Source of the DNA: Polaromonas sp.
GTDB lineage: Bacteria; Pseudomonadota; Gammaproteobacteria; Burkholderiales; Burkholderiaceae_C
DNA length: 64,000 nt
Reading direction: 5' to 3'
Assembly (NCBI GenBank): GCA_038902795.1
Contig: JBCKNJ010000001.1
Location: forward strand, 24,412-88,411
The notes beneath the pieces are model-generated. The model was given only the letters and a program-made list of their open reading frames with translations. It ran no database searches and was not told the origin of the DNA. This document shows positions 32,429-45,791 of this stretch, piece by piece (position 1 is the first letter of the stretch; each line of letters opens with the position of its first letter). The position numbers and the translations under genes were made by a program.

Positions 32429-33418
32429 TCACTGAATAACTCGGCTGGCCCGCTTCGTCAGCTCGGGCGGGATGGATATGCCGATGTCCCGCGCCGTCTT
32501 TAGATTGACGATGAGTTCCGGCCGTGCCACGACGGAAATCGGCAGTTCGCCCGGTTTGGCGCCCTTCAGAATCTTGTCCACATACTCTGGAATACGCGGC
32601 ACTGCGTCATTGATGCTCGTTCCATAAGTGATCAGGCCCTGATTCTCCCAACCGCCGGGAAACATGGTGGGCAAGCGATGCTTGGCTGCCAGCTCAGCGA
32701 TTGGCTTGAAGTTTAAGATGTTTACAGGCACCTCCAGTACCAGCAGAACCTCTGCGCGTTCGCTCTGCATCGCTGCGAAGGCTGCATCGAGATCTGGAAC
32801 AGGCGCCTTCACTCTGAGCCACTGAGGCCGTAATCCGAGCGCTCGTGCCGCCGTGTCGTTTTCCCGTTCTAGCGGATTCCAGCCGTCTGTACGAGGAATG
32901 TCTTGATCACTCAGAATTGCAACGCGCGAGAGGTTCGGAATCACCTCCGTGAGGATTTCGAATTGTTTGGTAGCTTGCTGTGGATCGAAGCTGATGATGC
33001 CCGTGATATTTCCACCGGGCCGCTCCAACGTGGCGACGTACCCAAGGGCGACAGGATCGAGCACCGCCGCAAAAACAATGGGAATTTTCGTGGTTGCTTT
33101 TTGAGCAGCCCCAACCCCTATCGCGCCCACCGCAACGATGACATCGACATTGAGGGCGACCAGTTCAGCGGCAAGTGCTGGCGCTCGGTCGAACTGGCCT
33201 CGGGCAAATCGAGGCTCGAGTATGATATTTCGGCCCTCGACATACCCCAATTGGGCAAAATCTTGCCGCAATCCGTCGTAGCGTGGCCCTGGTCCTCCAA
33301 GGAGCAGTACCCCAACACGCGGAAGTTTGGCTTCCTGCGGCGTCGCCAGACCAGACGCCAGCACTAATCCAAAGGTCAATGCGACCCTTCTCAGGACAAG
33401 CCTTCTCATGTTTCGCAT
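32429..33418 (-). CDS. ABC substrate-binding protein (mirror copy)
   Basis: Identical protein to 16577..17566. Confidence 0.88.
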   Translation of the reverse strand: MRNMRRLVLRRVALTFGLVLASGLATPQEAKLPRVGVLLLGGPGPRYDGLRQDFAQLGYVEGRNIILEPRFARGQFDRAPALAAELVALNVDVIVAVGAIGVGAAQKATTKIPIVFAAVLDPVALGYVATLERPGGNITGIISFDPQQATKQFEILTEVIPNLSRVAILSDQDIPRTDGWNPLERENDTAARALGLRPQWLRVKAPVPDLDAAFAAMQSERAEVLLVLEVPVNILNFKPIAELAAKHRLPTMFPGGWENQGLITYGTSINDAVPRIPEYVDKILKGAKPGELPISVVARPELIVNLKTARDIGISIPPELTKRASRVIQ

Positions 33419-33768
33419 GTAGTCCTCCTTTGATGGAACCCGCTCATCTATTGTGATGCCCAACAATCAGCGTTTATCCGCCGCGCCGTAAAGCCAGCAC
33501 AAAGCAAAGACGTCAATCGCGGCAGATAAACCATGTTGGACTGAACCGCCTGTGCTGCGGTCGTGTTGCGGTAGTTGCACTATAGGGCACTTCTATAAAT
33601 TCACCAAACCCCGTTCGGGCTGAGCCTGTCGAAGCCTTTAGCTAATAAAAACAACCACTTAGCGAGCAGACCCTTCGACCCTTCGACAAGCTCAGGACAG
33701 GCCAAGCTCAGGGCGAACGGTAATTTATAGAAGTGCCCATAAGAAGCGCAGTGGGACAATAAGGGGCT

Positions 33769-35025
33769 ATGCATCCTAAAGCCTTACTAGATAGTTGTTC
33801 CGAGCTTCTCAAGCTGGTTCTTAAATTTGACCACCCGGCAGACATGGTTCTGTCGCGCTATTTCCGTGAGTTTCGCCTCGGCCCGCGTGAGCGTGCTACG
33901 CTGGCTGAAACCATTTACGCTGTACTGCGCAAAAAAAATCTCTTCACCTATCTGGCGCAGCACGGCAGCGGCCCGCCTGAGCGCCGTCTGACGATTTTGG
34001 GTTTTACTGCACCGCGCGATTTCTTGATGGCGGCTTTGACCGATCAGGAAATCGATTGGCTGAACCGCTGCGATCAGGTCAAACCCGCCGACTTGATGGA
34101 GCTGCACCGCCACAACCTGCCGCAGTGGCTGGTTGAGCCTTTGAAGGCGCAACTGGGTGACGACTTTTGGCCATTGGTTGAAAGCCTTAATGCACCTGCT
34201 GGCCTAGACATGCGCGTCAACACGCTCAAAGACAAGCGCGCCGATATTCAAAAAGAGCTGCAAAAAGCCGGGCTGAAAACCGTGGCTACGCCTTATTCGC
34301 CATGGGGCTTGCGGCTGGCCGATAAATCGCAGCTGGGCAAGCTCGATGCCTTCACACGCGGCGCGATTGAAGTGCAGGACGAGGGCTCGCAGTTGCTGGC
34401 CCTGCTGGTAGATGCCAAGCGCGGCGAGATGGTGGTTGATTTTTGCGCCGGTGCTGGCGGCAAAACGCTGGCCCTTGGTGCCAGTATGCGCAGCACCGGG
34501 CGGCTGTATGCGTTTGACACCTCGGGCCATCGGCTGGAGGCGCTTAAACCGCGGCTGGCGCGCAGCGGTTTGTCAAATGTTCACCCGGTGGCGATTGCGC
34601 ATGAGCGTGATGACCGCATCAAACGCCTGGCCGGCAAGATTGATCGGGTGCTGGTCGATGCGCCATGCTCCGGCTTGGGTACGCTGCGGCGCAACCCGGA
34701 CCTGAAATGGCGGCAAAACCCCAAGGCCATTGCCGAACTGGTGGCCAAGCAAACGGCTATTTTGCAGAGCGCAGCGCGGCTTTTAAAGCCCGGCGGGCGA
34801 CTGGTTTATGCCACCTGTAGTGTTTTACGTGAAGAAAATGAAGCCATAGCGGAAGCTTTTTCAAATGCAAATAAAGACTTCAACGTGCTTGAAACAGCGC
34901 CTATATTGACCCATCTAGGGGTGGAACATGCTGATAAACTGTGCCGTGGCCCCTACCTGCGGCTATGGCCATACCGGCATCAGACCGACGGGTTTTTTGC
35001 CGCTATTTGGCAGAAGTCGATGTAA
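33769..35025 (+). CDS. RsmB/NOP family methyltransferase (mirror copy)
   Basis: Identical protein to 14970..16226. Confidence 0.9.
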   Translation: MHPKALLDSCSELLKLVLKFDHPADMVLSRYFREFRLGPRERATLAETIYAVLRKKNLFTYLAQHGSGPPERRLTILGFTAPRDFLMAALTDQEIDWLNRCDQVKPADLMELHRHNLPQWLVEPLKAQLGDDFWPLVESLNAPAGLDMRVNTLKDKRADIQKELQKAGLKTVATPYSPWGLRLADKSQLGKLDAFTRGAIEVQDEGSQLLALLVDAKRGEMVVDFCAGAGGKTLALGASMRSTGRLYAFDTSGHRLEALKPRLARSGLSNVHPVAIAHERDDRIKRLAGKIDRVLVDAPCSGLGTLRRNPDLKWRQNPKAIAELVAKQTAILQSAARLLKPGGRLVYATCSVLREENEAIAEAFSNANKDFNVLETAPILTHLGVEHADKLCRGPYLRLWPYRHQTDGFFAAIWQKSM

Positions 35026-35149
35026 TTTTTTGAGGGCCTATCAGGGCTATGTTTTTCAGACTGACTCGGTTACAATTGGCGACATTCAAACGCAGTTGCA
35101 TGGCGCTATTTTGGCGGGCGGCTTGAGGCAGATTAATAAAAGGACTTTT

Positions 35150-36352
35150 ATGATGTTTTTTGATGCAGCTCTTGACTGGCTTGCCAATGGCTTGCTGGCA
35201 GCGAGCTGGTGGCAAATTGTGCTCTTCACCCTGGTGACAACGCACATTACGATTGCCAGCGTGACCATCTATCTGCACCGCCACCAGGCGCATCGTGCGA
35301 TGGATCTGCATGCCATTCCCGCGCATTTTTTCCGGCTCTGGTTGTGGCTGGGTACCGGACAGGTCACCAAAGAATGGGTGTCCATTCACCGCAAACACCA
35401 CGCCAAATGCGAGACCGCTGAAGACCCGCACAGCCCACAGGCTTACGGCATCAAAAAAGTATTCTGGCAAGGTGCCGAGCTGTACCGTGTCGAGAGTAAA
35501 AACAAAGAAACCATGACCAGATACGGTCACGGCACACCAAGCGACTGGATTGAGCGCAATCTATACACCCCCCATAGCTGGCAAGGCGTGGGCCTGATGA
35601 TGATCATCAACCTGGCGCTGTTTGGTGCGGCTGGCCTGGCCGTATGGGCTGTGCAGATGATGTGGATTCCGGTTACAGCGGCTGGCATCGTCAATGGCAT
35701 TGGGCACTACTGGGGTTATCGTAATTTCGAGACACCTGATGCGAGCACCAATATTTCGCCATGGGGCATCATGATTGGCGGCGAAGAGATGCACAACAAT
35801 CACCACACCTATCCCACGTCGGCCAAGTTCTCGGTCAAGCCCTATGAGTTTGATATTGGTTGGATTTATATTCGCGGGCTTGAGCGCCTTGGCCTGGCAA
35901 CGGTGAAAAAGGTGCCGCCAAAGCTTCGGCTTGGCACCATCCAGCCTGTAGCTGACGAGAAGACGCTCGAAGCGCTGATAGCCCACCGTTACGAGGTGAT
36001 GGCCGGTTTTGCGCGCGAATTGCGCCGTGCCGTACAAGCCGAGATTGAGTTGATAAAAGCCAAAAAGGGCGATGCGTCGATGTTGCGCGCTGCCAACCGC
36101 TGGCTGCACCGCGACGACGACAAGGTGCCTGACGCTGCCCGCCCCAAGCTGGCGCAAGCCCGTGCCGAGCACCCGGTACTCGACAAAATGGTCACCATGC
36201 GCGAAGAGTTGCGCCAGATGTGGCTGTCGAGGTCGGCATCGCGCGAGCAACTGGCCACTGATTTGGCAGCCTGGTGCCACCGGGCTGAAGCAAGCGGTAT
36301 TGCTGCGTTGCGTGAGTTCTCGATGAAGCTGCGGCGGGCAGCCTGCAGCTAA
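35150..36352 (+). CDS. desA: Fatty acid desaturase (mirror copy)
   Basis: Identical protein to 13643..14845. Confidence 0.88.
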   Translation: MMFFDAALDWLANGLLAASWWQIVLFTLVTTHITIASVTIYLHRHQAHRAMDLHAIPAHFFRLWLWLGTGQVTKEWVSIHRKHHAKCETAEDPHSPQAYGIKKVFWQGAELYRVESKNKETMTRYGHGTPSDWIERNLYTPHSWQGVGLMMIINLALFGAAGLAVWAVQMMWIPVTAAGIVNGIGHYWGYRNFETPDASTNISPWGIMIGGEEMHNNHHTYPTSAKFSVKPYEFDIGWIYIRGLERLGLATVKKVPPKLRLGTIQPVADEKTLEALIAHRYEVMAGFARELRRAVQAEIELIKAKKGDASMLRAANRWLHRDDDKVPDAARPKLAQARAEHPVLDKMVTMREELRQMWLSRSASREQLATDLAAWCHRAEASGIAALREFSMKLRRAACS

Positions 36353-36550
36353 AGTCTTTGCACGAAAGCACCAGACATTAAAAAAAACCCGCTATCGAGC
36401 GGGTTTTTTAATGTGCAGCTTGAGGCTGCAAAGTCACAGCTAAATTATTCCAATCCGCATTAAAAACGATAACTGCGTTGCTTCGCTTTGCCGTGCTACA
36501 GCACTGTCAGCAGCTTCGCGCCTTGTTCTCATTTCTAATGCGAATTGGAA

Positions 36551-36718
36551 TTACTTCAGCTTGATTTCCTTGTATTCCACATGCTTGCGTGCTTTAGGAT
36601 CAAATTTCATGATCAGCATTTTGTCAGGCGTGGTTTTTTTGTTCTTGGTGGTCGTGTAGAAGTGACCCGTGCCGGCAGTTGATTCCAGCTTGATTTTTTC
36701 GCGTCCGCCTTTAGCCAT
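36551..36718 (-). CDS. rpmG: 50S ribosomal protein L33 (mirror copy)
   Basis: Reverse complement of 13277..13444. Confidence 0.96.
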   Translation of the reverse strand: MAKGGREKIKLESTAGTGHFYTTTKNKKTTPDKMLIMKFDPKARKHVEYKEIKLK

Positions 36719-36784
36719 GATATTTCCTAGTCAGTTGGGGACAGAGCTTGACGCTTTGCGCTGGTGGTCAGTCCCACAAAAAAA

Positions 36785-37021
36785 TTAATTTACTTCGCCA
36801 CGGGCACGCAGGTCTACCAAGACCGCATCGATGCCTTTTTTGTCGATCAAACGCAGACCAGCGCTGGTGATGCGTAAGCGCACCCAGCGGTTTTCTGTCT
36901 CGACCCAGAAACGACGGTACTGCAGATTAGGCATGAACCGACGCTTGGTTTTGTTGTTGGCGTGAGAAACGTTGTTCCCAACCATCGGGCCTTTGCCCGT
37001 TACCTGACAGATGCGTGCCAT
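36785..37021 (-). CDS. rpmB: 50S ribosomal protein L28 (mirror copy)
   Basis: Identical protein to 12974..13210. Confidence 0.97.
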   Translation of the reverse strand: MARICQVTGKGPMVGNNVSHANNKTKRRFMPNLQYRRFWVETENRWVRLRITSAGLRLIDKKGIDAVLVDLRARGEVN

Positions 37022-37279
37022 GAGCACTCTCCGTAAAAAATTAAAAAATCGGATGCCCAAACGTTTTTTCACGCTTGAGCCAAGCCTTTGATTATAGCCT
37101 GAAAACAAAGTTAATCCAAGTCATTCCATTTCTAAATCATCCCTGTCGTTGTTGTCTCGCCTTGCCGTGCTACAGCACTGCCTGCGGCTCGACGCCTAGA
37201 CACGAATGATTTGGAAACGGAATCAAGGCTGCAGCAGCCCGGCAAACTACCCATTGAAGCCCGAATTAAATCGCCGAAT

Positions 37280-38227
<948 letters not shown>

Positions 38228-38524
38228 TTAAAAAAGCGGGTTGGGCAAATCATTGCTACTCGGTTACAGTCGCGGTAAGTGACGAGATACTGTTTTCAAT
38301 GTGCAGGATATGCTGACATTGCGAAACACGATTGTATGAATACGCTTTAATCCTGTCGTTGGTGAGGTCAGAAGGAGCTTCGATAGAGTTATTGGGGTCA
38401 GACGCCAATTTCGCTGCGGTGCATCGCACCGCACCCTGCGGGCGAGCCAAAGGCTCAGCGAATTTGGACTCTGACCCCAATAACTCTGCTAGCAATACAA
38501 CTGCGGTAAGCTCTGATCTGGTTT

Positions 38525-40879
38525 ATGACTTACTCACTCGACACCCTTAGCGCCCGACATTCCCAAGCCACCGATGTACCGGGTGGTGTCAAGCGCTTTG
38601 CCCACGAAGTCGGGCTGATTCTTGGCCTGCTTGGGCTGGTTTTCTGGCTGCTTGCGCTGGTCAGCTATTCGCAGCAGGATGCCGCCTGGTCAACCTCTGG
38701 CATCGCGCAGGCTGCGGGTTTATTGCCAGGGGCAACTCGCAATTGGGGCGGGCGACTGGGTGCCTGGCTGGCTGATGCGAGTTATTTTTTCCTCGGGTTC
38801 TCCGTCTGGTGGATGCTGGCGGCGGGCACACGGGTGTGGCTAGCATCACTGGCCCACTGGCTGCGTGGAGACACCTTGGCAACCGCCACACCTCTGCATT
38901 CAAGCCGTATTAAGTTTTGGCTGAGCCTGCTGCTATTGCTGGCGGCCAGCTGTGCGCTTGAATGGTCGCGCCTCTACCGTTTTGAATCCCGGCTGCCCGA
39001 TGCTGCCGGGGGCGCGCTGGGCTATCTAGTCGGCAGCAGCAGCGTGAAATGGCTGGGCTTTGCGGGGTCGGGCCTGGTGTTGATTGCCCTGGGCGTGATT
39101 GCCGTCTCAAGCGTGTTTGGCTTTTCATGGGCGCACACATCCCAGCGGGTTGGCGAATGGATAGCCAACCTGATTGATTCACGGCGCGAAAAACGCGAGA
39201 TCGCCCAAGACCTGGCGCTCGGCAAACTGGCAGCCCGCGAGCGTGAAGCAACCCTGATTGACGAGCGCATTGAAATCGAAGAGCAGCACCCGCAACCGAT
39301 GTTGATTGAGCCCGCGCTGGTTGACGTTCCCAAAAGCGATCGCGTGGCCAAAGAACGGCAAAAACCGCTGTTCAGTGAAATGCCAGACTCCAAGCTGCCG
39401 CAGGTTGACCTGCTCGACGGCGCGCTGCTCAAGCAGGAGAGCGTGGCCCCCGAGACGCTGGAGATGACATCGCGGCTAATCGAGAAAAAGCTGAAAGACT
39501 TTGGCGTTGACGTGCGCGTCGTGGCGGCAGCGCCCGGCCCTGTCATTACCCGTTATGAAATCGAGCCTGCCGTTGGCGTGAAGGGTTCGCAGATCGTCAG
39601 CCTGGCCAAGGACCTGGCGCGCGCCCTGAGCCTGGTGTCGATTCGCGTGATCGAAACCATTCCCGGCAAAAACTACATGGCGCTGGAGTTGCCCAACGCC
39701 AAGCGCCAGTCCATCAAGCTCAGCGAAATCCTGGGCTCACAGGTTTACAACGAAGCCAAGTCCATGCTGACCATCGGCCTAGGCAAGGACATCAGCGGCG
39801 CGCCGGTGGTGGCCGACCTCGCGAAGATGCCGCACTGCTTGGTGGCCGGCACGACCGGGTCAGGCAAGTCGGTCGGCATCAACGCGATGATACTTAGCCT
39901 GCTTTACAAGGCCGATGCGCGTGATGTACGCCTGTTGCTGATAGACCCGAAGATGCTGGAGATGAGTGTCTATGAGGGCATTCCGCATTTGCTGTGCCCG
40001 GTTGTGACCGACATGCGGCAAGCCGCTAACGGCCTGAACTGGTGCATTGCCGAGATGGAAAAGCGCTACAAGCTGATGAGCAAGCTGGGCGTGCGCAACC
40101 TGGCGGGCTACAACGTCAAGATTGACGCTGCCAAGGCCAAAGGTGAATTCATCTACAACCCTTTCAGCCTCACGCCCGAGCAGCCCGAACCGTTGGAGCG
40201 CCTGCCCTACATCGTGGTGGTGATTGATGAGCTGGCCGACCTGATGATGGTGGTGGGTAAAAAAATTGAAGTACTGATAGCCCGCCTGGCGCACAAAGCC
40301 AGGGCTGCCGGCATCCATCTGGTGCTGGCCACGCAGCGGCCCAGCGTCGATGTGATTACCGGTCTTATCAAGGCCAACATTCCGACGCGGATTTCATTCC
40401 AGGTCTCCAGCAAAATCGACAGCCGCACCATCCTCGACCAGATGGGCGCAGAGGCACTGCTCGGCATGGGCGACATGCTCTACATGCCCAGCGGCACGGG
40501 CTTTCCGATTCGGGTACACGGTGCTTTTGTGAGCGACGACGAAGTGCATCGCGTGGTGGCTTACCTCAAGTCCCAGGGCGAGCCCAATTACATTGACGGC
40601 GTGCTTGAAGGCGGTAGCGTCGATGCTGAGTGGGGTGACTGGGGTGGTGACCTCAGCGTATCAGGTGGTGCGGGCGATGAGAAAGACCCGATGTACGACC
40701 AGGCGGTCGAGATTGTCCTGAAAAACCGTAAGGCTTCGATTTCACTGGTGCAGCGTCACCTCAAGATCGGCTACAACCGCTCGGCCCGCATGCTGGAAGA
40801 AATGGAAAAAGCCGGCCTGATAAGCGCCATGTCAGGCAGCGGCCAGCGCGACATTCTGGTGCCTGCTCGAGCTGAATGA
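38525..40879 (+). CDS. ftsK: DNA translocase FtsK (mirror copy)
   Basis: Identical protein to 9116..11470. Confidence 0.97.
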   Translation: MTYSLDTLSARHSQATDVPGGVKRFAHEVGLILGLLGLVFWLLALVSYSQQDAAWSTSGIAQAAGLLPGATRNWGGRLGAWLADASYFFLGFSVWWMLAAGTRVWLASLAHWLRGDTLATATPLHSSRIKFWLSLLLLLAASCALEWSRLYRFESRLPDAAGGALGYLVGSSSVKWLGFAGSGLVLIALGVIAVSSVFGFSWAHTSQRVGEWIANLIDSRREKREIAQDLALGKLAAREREATLIDERIEIEEQHPQPMLIEPALVDVPKSDRVAKERQKPLFSEMPDSKLPQVDLLDGALLKQESVAPETLEMTSRLIEKKLKDFGVDVRVVAAAPGPVITRYEIEPAVGVKGSQIVSLAKDLARALSLVSIRVIETIPGKNYMALELPNAKRQSIKLSEILGSQVYNEAKSMLTIGLGKDISGAPVVADLAKMPHCLVAGTTGSGKSVGINAMILSLLYKADARDVRLLLIDPKMLEMSVYEGIPHLLCPVVTDMRQAANGLNWCIAEMEKRYKLMSKLGVRNLAGYNVKIDAAKAKGEFIYNPFSLTPEQPEPLERLPYIVVVIDELADLMMVVGKKIEVLIARLAHKARAAGIHLVLATQRPSVDVITGLIKANIPTRISFQVSSKIDSRTILDQMGAEALLGMGDMLYMPSGTGFPIRVHGAFVSDDEVHRVVAYLKSQGEPNYIDGVLEGGSVDAEWGDWGGDLSVSGGAGDEKDPMYDQAVEIVLKNRKASISLVQRHLKIGYNRSARMLEEMEKAGLISAMSGSGQRDILVPARAE

Positions 40880-40913
40880 CGACTAGGGCCACACGCCGCA
40901 TCACACTACATTT

Positions 40914-41726
40914 ATGACGAATATGCTTTTTAAGCGTTTGCTAAAACTTGTTTTAGCGAGTTCAGTTGCTATTATTTCAGGAGGGTTATTGGGGTCAGAC
41001 GCCAATTTCATTACGCTGCAAAGCATCGCACCCGAAGGGCGTGCCAAGGGCACGATGAATTTGGACTCTGACCCCAAAAACCCTCCTGCAGGCCTAAATG
41101 CACCTCAAAATGGCCTTCAAAACCTCGAAAACTTTGTCAAAAACACCAAATCAGGCCGCGCCGTGTTCACCCAGGTCGTTACCAGCCCGGCCAAAGAGGG
41201 GCAAGCGGTAAAAAGCAAAACCTCCAGCGGTACGTTTGAATTTTTGCGCCCCAATCGATTCAAGTTTGTGTACAAAAAACCGTTTGAACAAACCATTGTT
41301 TCTGACGGGCAAACGCTGTGGCTGTACGACGCGGACTTAAACCAGACCACCTCGCGCAAGTTGGCGCAGGTTTTGAACGGCACGCCAGCCGCCGTGATTG
41401 CTGCTGCGGCTGACCTCAAGGGCTTGCAGGCTGATTTCAATCTTGCGTCCCTGCCTGAGAAAACTGAGAAGGCTGAGAAGGCGGATGCAAAAACCGGCTT
41501 GCAATGGGTTCAGGCCACACCAAAAACCAAAGACGGGCAGTTGCAAAACATCAGCGTGGGTTTTAAAGTAACTGACAAGGGTAGCGAGCTGGCAGCACTT
41601 GAAATCCTTGACAGCTTTGGCCAGCGCTCTGTGATGACCTTCAACCAGTTTGAGGTCAACCCCACGCTAGCCCCCGCCAGTTTTCAATTCAAGCCGCCCG
41701 TGGGCAGTGACGTGATTCGGCAGTAA
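40914..41726 (+). CDS. lolA: LolA with repeat insertion (mirror copy)
   Basis: Identical protein to 8269..9081. Confidence 0.92.
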   Translation: MTNMLFKRLLKLVLASSVAIISGGLLGSDANFITLQSIAPEGRAKGTMNLDSDPKNPPAGLNAPQNGLQNLENFVKNTKSGRAVFTQVVTSPAKEGQAVKSKTSSGTFEFLRPNRFKFVYKKPFEQTIVSDGQTLWLYDADLNQTTSRKLAQVLNGTPAAVIAAAADLKGLQADFNLASLPEKTEKAEKADAKTGLQWVQATPKTKDGQLQNISVGFKVTDKGSELAALEILDSFGQRSVMTFNQFEVNPTLAPASFQFKPPVGSDVIRQ

Positions 41727-41832
41727 TTCCATTTCTAAATCATTCCTATATGTTGTTGCTTCGCCTTGTCGTGCTACAGCACTGCCTGCGGCTTCGCGCC
41801 TAATCTAGAAATGATGTAGAAACGGACTACTA

Positions 41833-43170
41833 ATGGCTGCCATTCCCCTCGCAGAACGCTTACGCCCGCAAACTTTAGGCGAGGTGATCGGCCAGCAACA
41901 TTTGCTGGGTGAAGGCATGCCGCTACGCATTGCATTCGAGTCCGGCCAGCCGCACAGCTGCATCTTGTGGGGGCCACCCGGCGTTGGCAAAACCACGATC
42001 GCCCGCCTGATGGCCAGCAGTTTTGATGCGCACTTCATCACCATCTCGGCAGTGCTGGGCGGCATCAAGGAAATCCGCGAGGCGGTGGAGCAAGCCAGTA
42101 TCTGGCGTGGGGCGGCTCAAGGTGGCGATGGTTTTGATGTCGGCACGGGCAAGCGCACCATCGTGTTTGTTGACGAGGTACACCGCTTCAACAAAAGCCA
42201 GCAGGATGCGTTTTTGCCGCATGTCGAAAGCGGGCTACTCACCTTCATTGGCGCCACAACCGAAAACCCTTCGTTTGAAGTCAATTCGGCCTTGCTGTCG
42301 CGCGCCACAGTTTATGTATTGCAACCGCTGCAACTAAACGAGTTAAAGAAAATAGTGGCTGTGGCGCTTGAAAGACGGTCGCTGCAAGCTATTGAAAGCA
42401 TAGCGCCAGAGGCCGTTGAGCGCCTTGTTGCCTATGCCGATGGCGATGCACGGCGCCTGCTCAACACGCTCGAATCTCTGGGTGTTGCCGCAGGCAATGA
42501 GAAATCCGGCACGCTAGTGACTGAAGTCACTGATGCTTGGCTGCTCAAGGTACTGGGCGAACGTATGCGCCGCTACGACAAGGCAGGCGAAGTTTTCTAC
42601 GACACCATTTCAGCCCTGCATAAATCCGTGCGTGGCTCTGACCCGGATGCGGCGCTGTACTGGTTCATGCGAATGCTCGACGGCGGTGCCGAGCCCAAAT
42701 ACATGGCGCGCCGCTTGATACGCATGGCCAGTGAAGACATTGGCCTGGCCGACCCGCGCGCGTTGCGCATGGCACTCGATGCGGCCGAGGTGTACGAGCG
42801 GCTCGGCTCACCCGAGGGCGAACTGGCGCTGGCACAGTGCGTGGTCTACCTTGCGGTCGCGCCCAAGTCCAATGCGCTTTACAAGGCCTTTAACGAAGCC
42901 AAAGCGTTTATCAAAAATGACGGCACACGGCCAGTACCGCTGCACCTGCGCAACGCCCCTACCAAGCTGATGAAGACGCTCGACTACGGCAAGGACTACC
43001 GCTACGCCCATAACGAAGAGGGTGGCTTTGCCGCCGGTGAAAACTACTTTCCGCAAGGTATGGAGGCACCCACGTTTTATCGGCCGGTTAACCGGGGCCT
43101 GGAAATCAGGATTGCTGAGAAGCTCCATGAACTCAAGCAGAAAAATCTCGACAAGAAATCTGGCGCATAA
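41833..43170 (+). CDS. rarA: RarA/MgsA (mirror copy)
   Basis: Identical protein to 6825..8162. Confidence 0.96.
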   Translation: MAAIPLAERLRPQTLGEVIGQQHLLGEGMPLRIAFESGQPHSCILWGPPGVGKTTIARLMASSFDAHFITISAVLGGIKEIREAVEQASIWRGAAQGGDGFDVGTGKRTIVFVDEVHRFNKSQQDAFLPHVESGLLTFIGATTENPSFEVNSALLSRATVYVLQPLQLNELKKIVAVALERRSLQAIESIAPEAVERLVAYADGDARRLLNTLESLGVAAGNEKSGTLVTEVTDAWLLKVLGERMRRYDKAGEVFYDTISALHKSVRGSDPDAALYWFMRMLDGGAEPKYMARRLIRMASEDIGLADPRALRMALDAAEVYERLGSPEGELALAQCVVYLAVAPKSNALYKAFNEAKAFIKNDGTRPVPLHLRNAPTKLMKTLDYGKDYRYAHNEEGGFAAGENYFPQGMEAPTFYRPVNRGLEIRIAEKLHELKQKNLDKKSGA

Positions 43171-43413
43171 CAACGGCGGTTTTTGGGGTCAGAGCCCAAA
43201 TTCGCTGAGCCTTCGGCTCGCCCCGCAGGGGGCGGTGCGTCGCACCGCAGCGAAATTGGTGTCTGACCCCAATAATCGTATTTTTTGTTTTCGCGACACG
43301 CCAGGGATAGCGTATTCGCAAGGTTGAGACGCTACAGGTAGTGGGTCAATTTTGGGAAATTCGCTTAATGCGACAGAACCCTCAGGCCTCGCGCCTCTTG
43401 GGGACGACCCGCA

Positions 43414-44445
43414 CTAGCCAGCCGCAGCCCGGCCCAGCCTATCCCGCACGCCATCCCACTCTCCCGATTCGTCGCCTGCTGGTGGCGGCTCAATCCAGAT
43501 CAGTTTTACGCCTTTCGCGTCAAAGTCGCGCAGCACCGCAAACAGCTGCTGTGCAGTCGCCAGCGCATCGTCGGGCATACGGCGGAACAGTACTTTTCCG
43601 GACTTGATACGCATGATGGATCTGGCATAAACAGCGATGTTGGCCGCATCAGGGCCTAGCAAATCGAGCGCGGCCTGGATCGCGCCTGCCGCCATCAGGC
43701 GCACCTTGGCGTTGGGCGCGTAGTGTGCTTCAAGCGTACCGGAGGCTCTGGGCACCACGCCTTCAAGTAACGCACCATCCATGGCGGCGGTATCATCTTT
43801 ATCCAGCACGGTCTCGCTACAGGCCGCCTCTAGCTGGGCGCGCGTGAGCACACCGGGCCGCAGCAACACGGGCCGGGCGCGTGTGCAGTCCACAATGCTG
43901 GACTCAATGCCCAGCTCACACGGCCCGCCGTCGAGTACCAGCAGCTGGCTGCCCATTTCATCGACTACATGGCTAGCCCTGGTGGGGCTGACGCGGCCAA
44001 AGCGGTTGGCACTGGGACCAGCCACGCCGCTCACGCCCAATTCCAGGCAGGCCTTCAAAAAAGCCTGCGCCACTGGGTGCGATGGGCAGCGCAGGCCAAT
44101 CGAATCCTGACCACCCGCTGCCGCCTTTGCCACGCCTGACTTGCGCGGCAGGATGACGGTTAGCGGGCCGGGCCAGAAGGCTTTTATCAGGCGGGCCGCA
44201 TAGGGCGGCACGCTGCTGGCGTAATCATTGACCTGCTGCGCATCGGCTACATGAACGATCAGCGGGTGGTCGGCAGGCCTGCCCTTTGCCACGAAGATGG
44301 CCTCAACAGCCGCATCACTTGAAGCATCAGCACCCAGGCCGTAGACAGTCTCGGTTGGAAACCCGACCAGCCCGCCAGCAACGATGGTGCGGGCGGCAGC
44401 AAGAATGGCTGGCTTATCCAAATACGGAGTGCCGTGCAAAATCAT
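43414..44445 (-). CDS. tsaC: Sua5/TsaC (mirror copy)
   Basis: Identical protein to 5550..6581. Confidence 0.93.
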   Translation of the reverse strand: MILHGTPYLDKPAILAAARTIVAGGLVGFPTETVYGLGADASSDAAVEAIFVAKGRPADHPLIVHVADAQQVNDYASSVPPYAARLIKAFWPGPLTVILPRKSGVAKAAAGGQDSIGLRCPSHPVAQAFLKACLELGVSGVAGPSANRFGRVSPTRASHVVDEMGSQLLVLDGGPCELGIESSIVDCTRARPVLLRPGVLTRAQLEAACSETVLDKDDTAAMDGALLEGVVPRASGTLEAHYAPNAKVRLMAAGAIQAALDLLGPDAANIAVYARSIMRIKSGKVLFRRMPDDALATAQQLFAVLRDFDAKGVKLIWIEPPPAGDESGEWDGVRDRLGRAAAG

Positions 44446-44606
44446 CGTGCTTGACCTGCTTTAGGGCACTTCTAGAAATTCAGATTTTCGGGATGAAGTG
44501 CAAGGCGGACGGAACGCAGCAACCGCAACGTACTCAGGTACGTGAGGATTGCGAGTACCGCCCAACGACGCAATTCGCCCGAAAAATGAATTTATAGAAG
44601 CGCCCA

Positions 44607-45791
44607 TTATTCGAGACCGGGCAGGCCCAAAATATCTGCGGCTTGCCGCGCCGTGGCTTGCACCGAGGCAACATCAACACCTGTGATGTTCAGGTGCCCC
44701 ATCTTGCGGCCAGGCCGTGCATCCGTCTTGCCATACAGGTGCAGGTGTACGCCGGGCAAAGCCAGCACAGCCAGCCAGTCAGGCGTGCGCGCCTGACCGT
44801 CAGATCCAAACCAGATGTCACCCAGCAGGTTGAGCATGATGGCGGGTGAATGCTGGCGCGGCTGCGGCAAAGGTAAGCCCGCCATGGCATGTACCTGCAG
44901 GTCAAACTGCGACACGTCGCAAGCGTCCATGGTGTAGTGGCCGCTGTTGTGCGGGCGTGGTGCCATTTCGTTGACGACCAGCGCGCCTTCAGCAGTGCCG
45001 TCATCCACGACAAAAAACTCAACACACAACACACCCACATAGTCAATCTGGTTTGCTATAGATTCAGTAGCTGCTCGCGCCCGTATTGCTTGGGCTAAAG
45101 GCATATTTGACTCGTAAGCGTAAGTCACTGCCAGAATTCCATCGACATGCACATTACGCTGCGGCGCAAAACCCACCATCTGGCCGCCCCAAGAGCGCGC
45201 CACGATCACCGAGAACTCAGCCTTCAGCGGCAGCATCTTTTCAAGCACGCAAGGCACTTGCTTTAAAAAGCCCCAAGCCTGCGCCAACTCCGCCAGATTT
45301 TTCACGCGCACCTGGCCTTTGCCGTCATAGCCCATACGCGCGGTTTTCAAAATACCGGGCAACAAATCAGACGGCACCACCTCTAGGTCTTGCCCGGTTT
45401 TAATCACTGCATAGGGCGCGCAGACCACGCCACTGGCCACAAAGTGCAATTTTTCTTCGATGCGGTTTTGGGCAATGGCAACCGCCGCAGCACCGGGAGC
45501 AACGGGGCGGCTTGCAGAGAGCGTTTGCAGTGCGGCTGCGGGCACATTTTCAAATTCTGTCGTGATGGCGGCGCTTATCGCAGCCAGTTTGCGCAGGCCT
45601 TGCGCGTCGTCATAGTCGGTATAAATATGTTCGTGGCTGACCAGGCCCGCTGGACTTTGCGCGTCAGGGTCGAGCACGCAGGTGTTGTAGCCCAAACGCT
45701 GAGCGGCGTGTACAAACATACGGCCCAGCTGGCCACCGCCCATCACGCCCAATGTTGCGCCGGGTAAAACGACGGCAAACGCGCGGCTCAT
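44607..45791 (-). CDS. purK: N5-CAIR synthetase (mirror copy)
   Basis: Identical protein to 4204..5388. Confidence 0.96.
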   Translation of the reverse strand: MSRAFAVVLPGATLGVMGGGQLGRMFVHAAQRLGYNTCVLDPDAQSPAGLVSHEHIYTDYDDAQGLRKLAAISAAITTEFENVPAAALQTLSASRPVAPGAAAVAIAQNRIEEKLHFVASGVVCAPYAVIKTGQDLEVVPSDLLPGILKTARMGYDGKGQVRVKNLAELAQAWGFLKQVPCVLEKMLPLKAEFSVIVARSWGGQMVGFAPQRNVHVDGILAVTYAYESNMPLAQAIRARAATESIANQIDYVGVLCVEFFVVDDGTAEGALVVNEMAPRPHNSGHYTMDACDVSQFDLQVHAMAGLPLPQPRQHSPAIMLNLLGDIWFGSDGQARTPDWLAVLALPGVHLHLYGKTDARPGRKMGHLNITGVDVASVQATARQAADILGLPGLE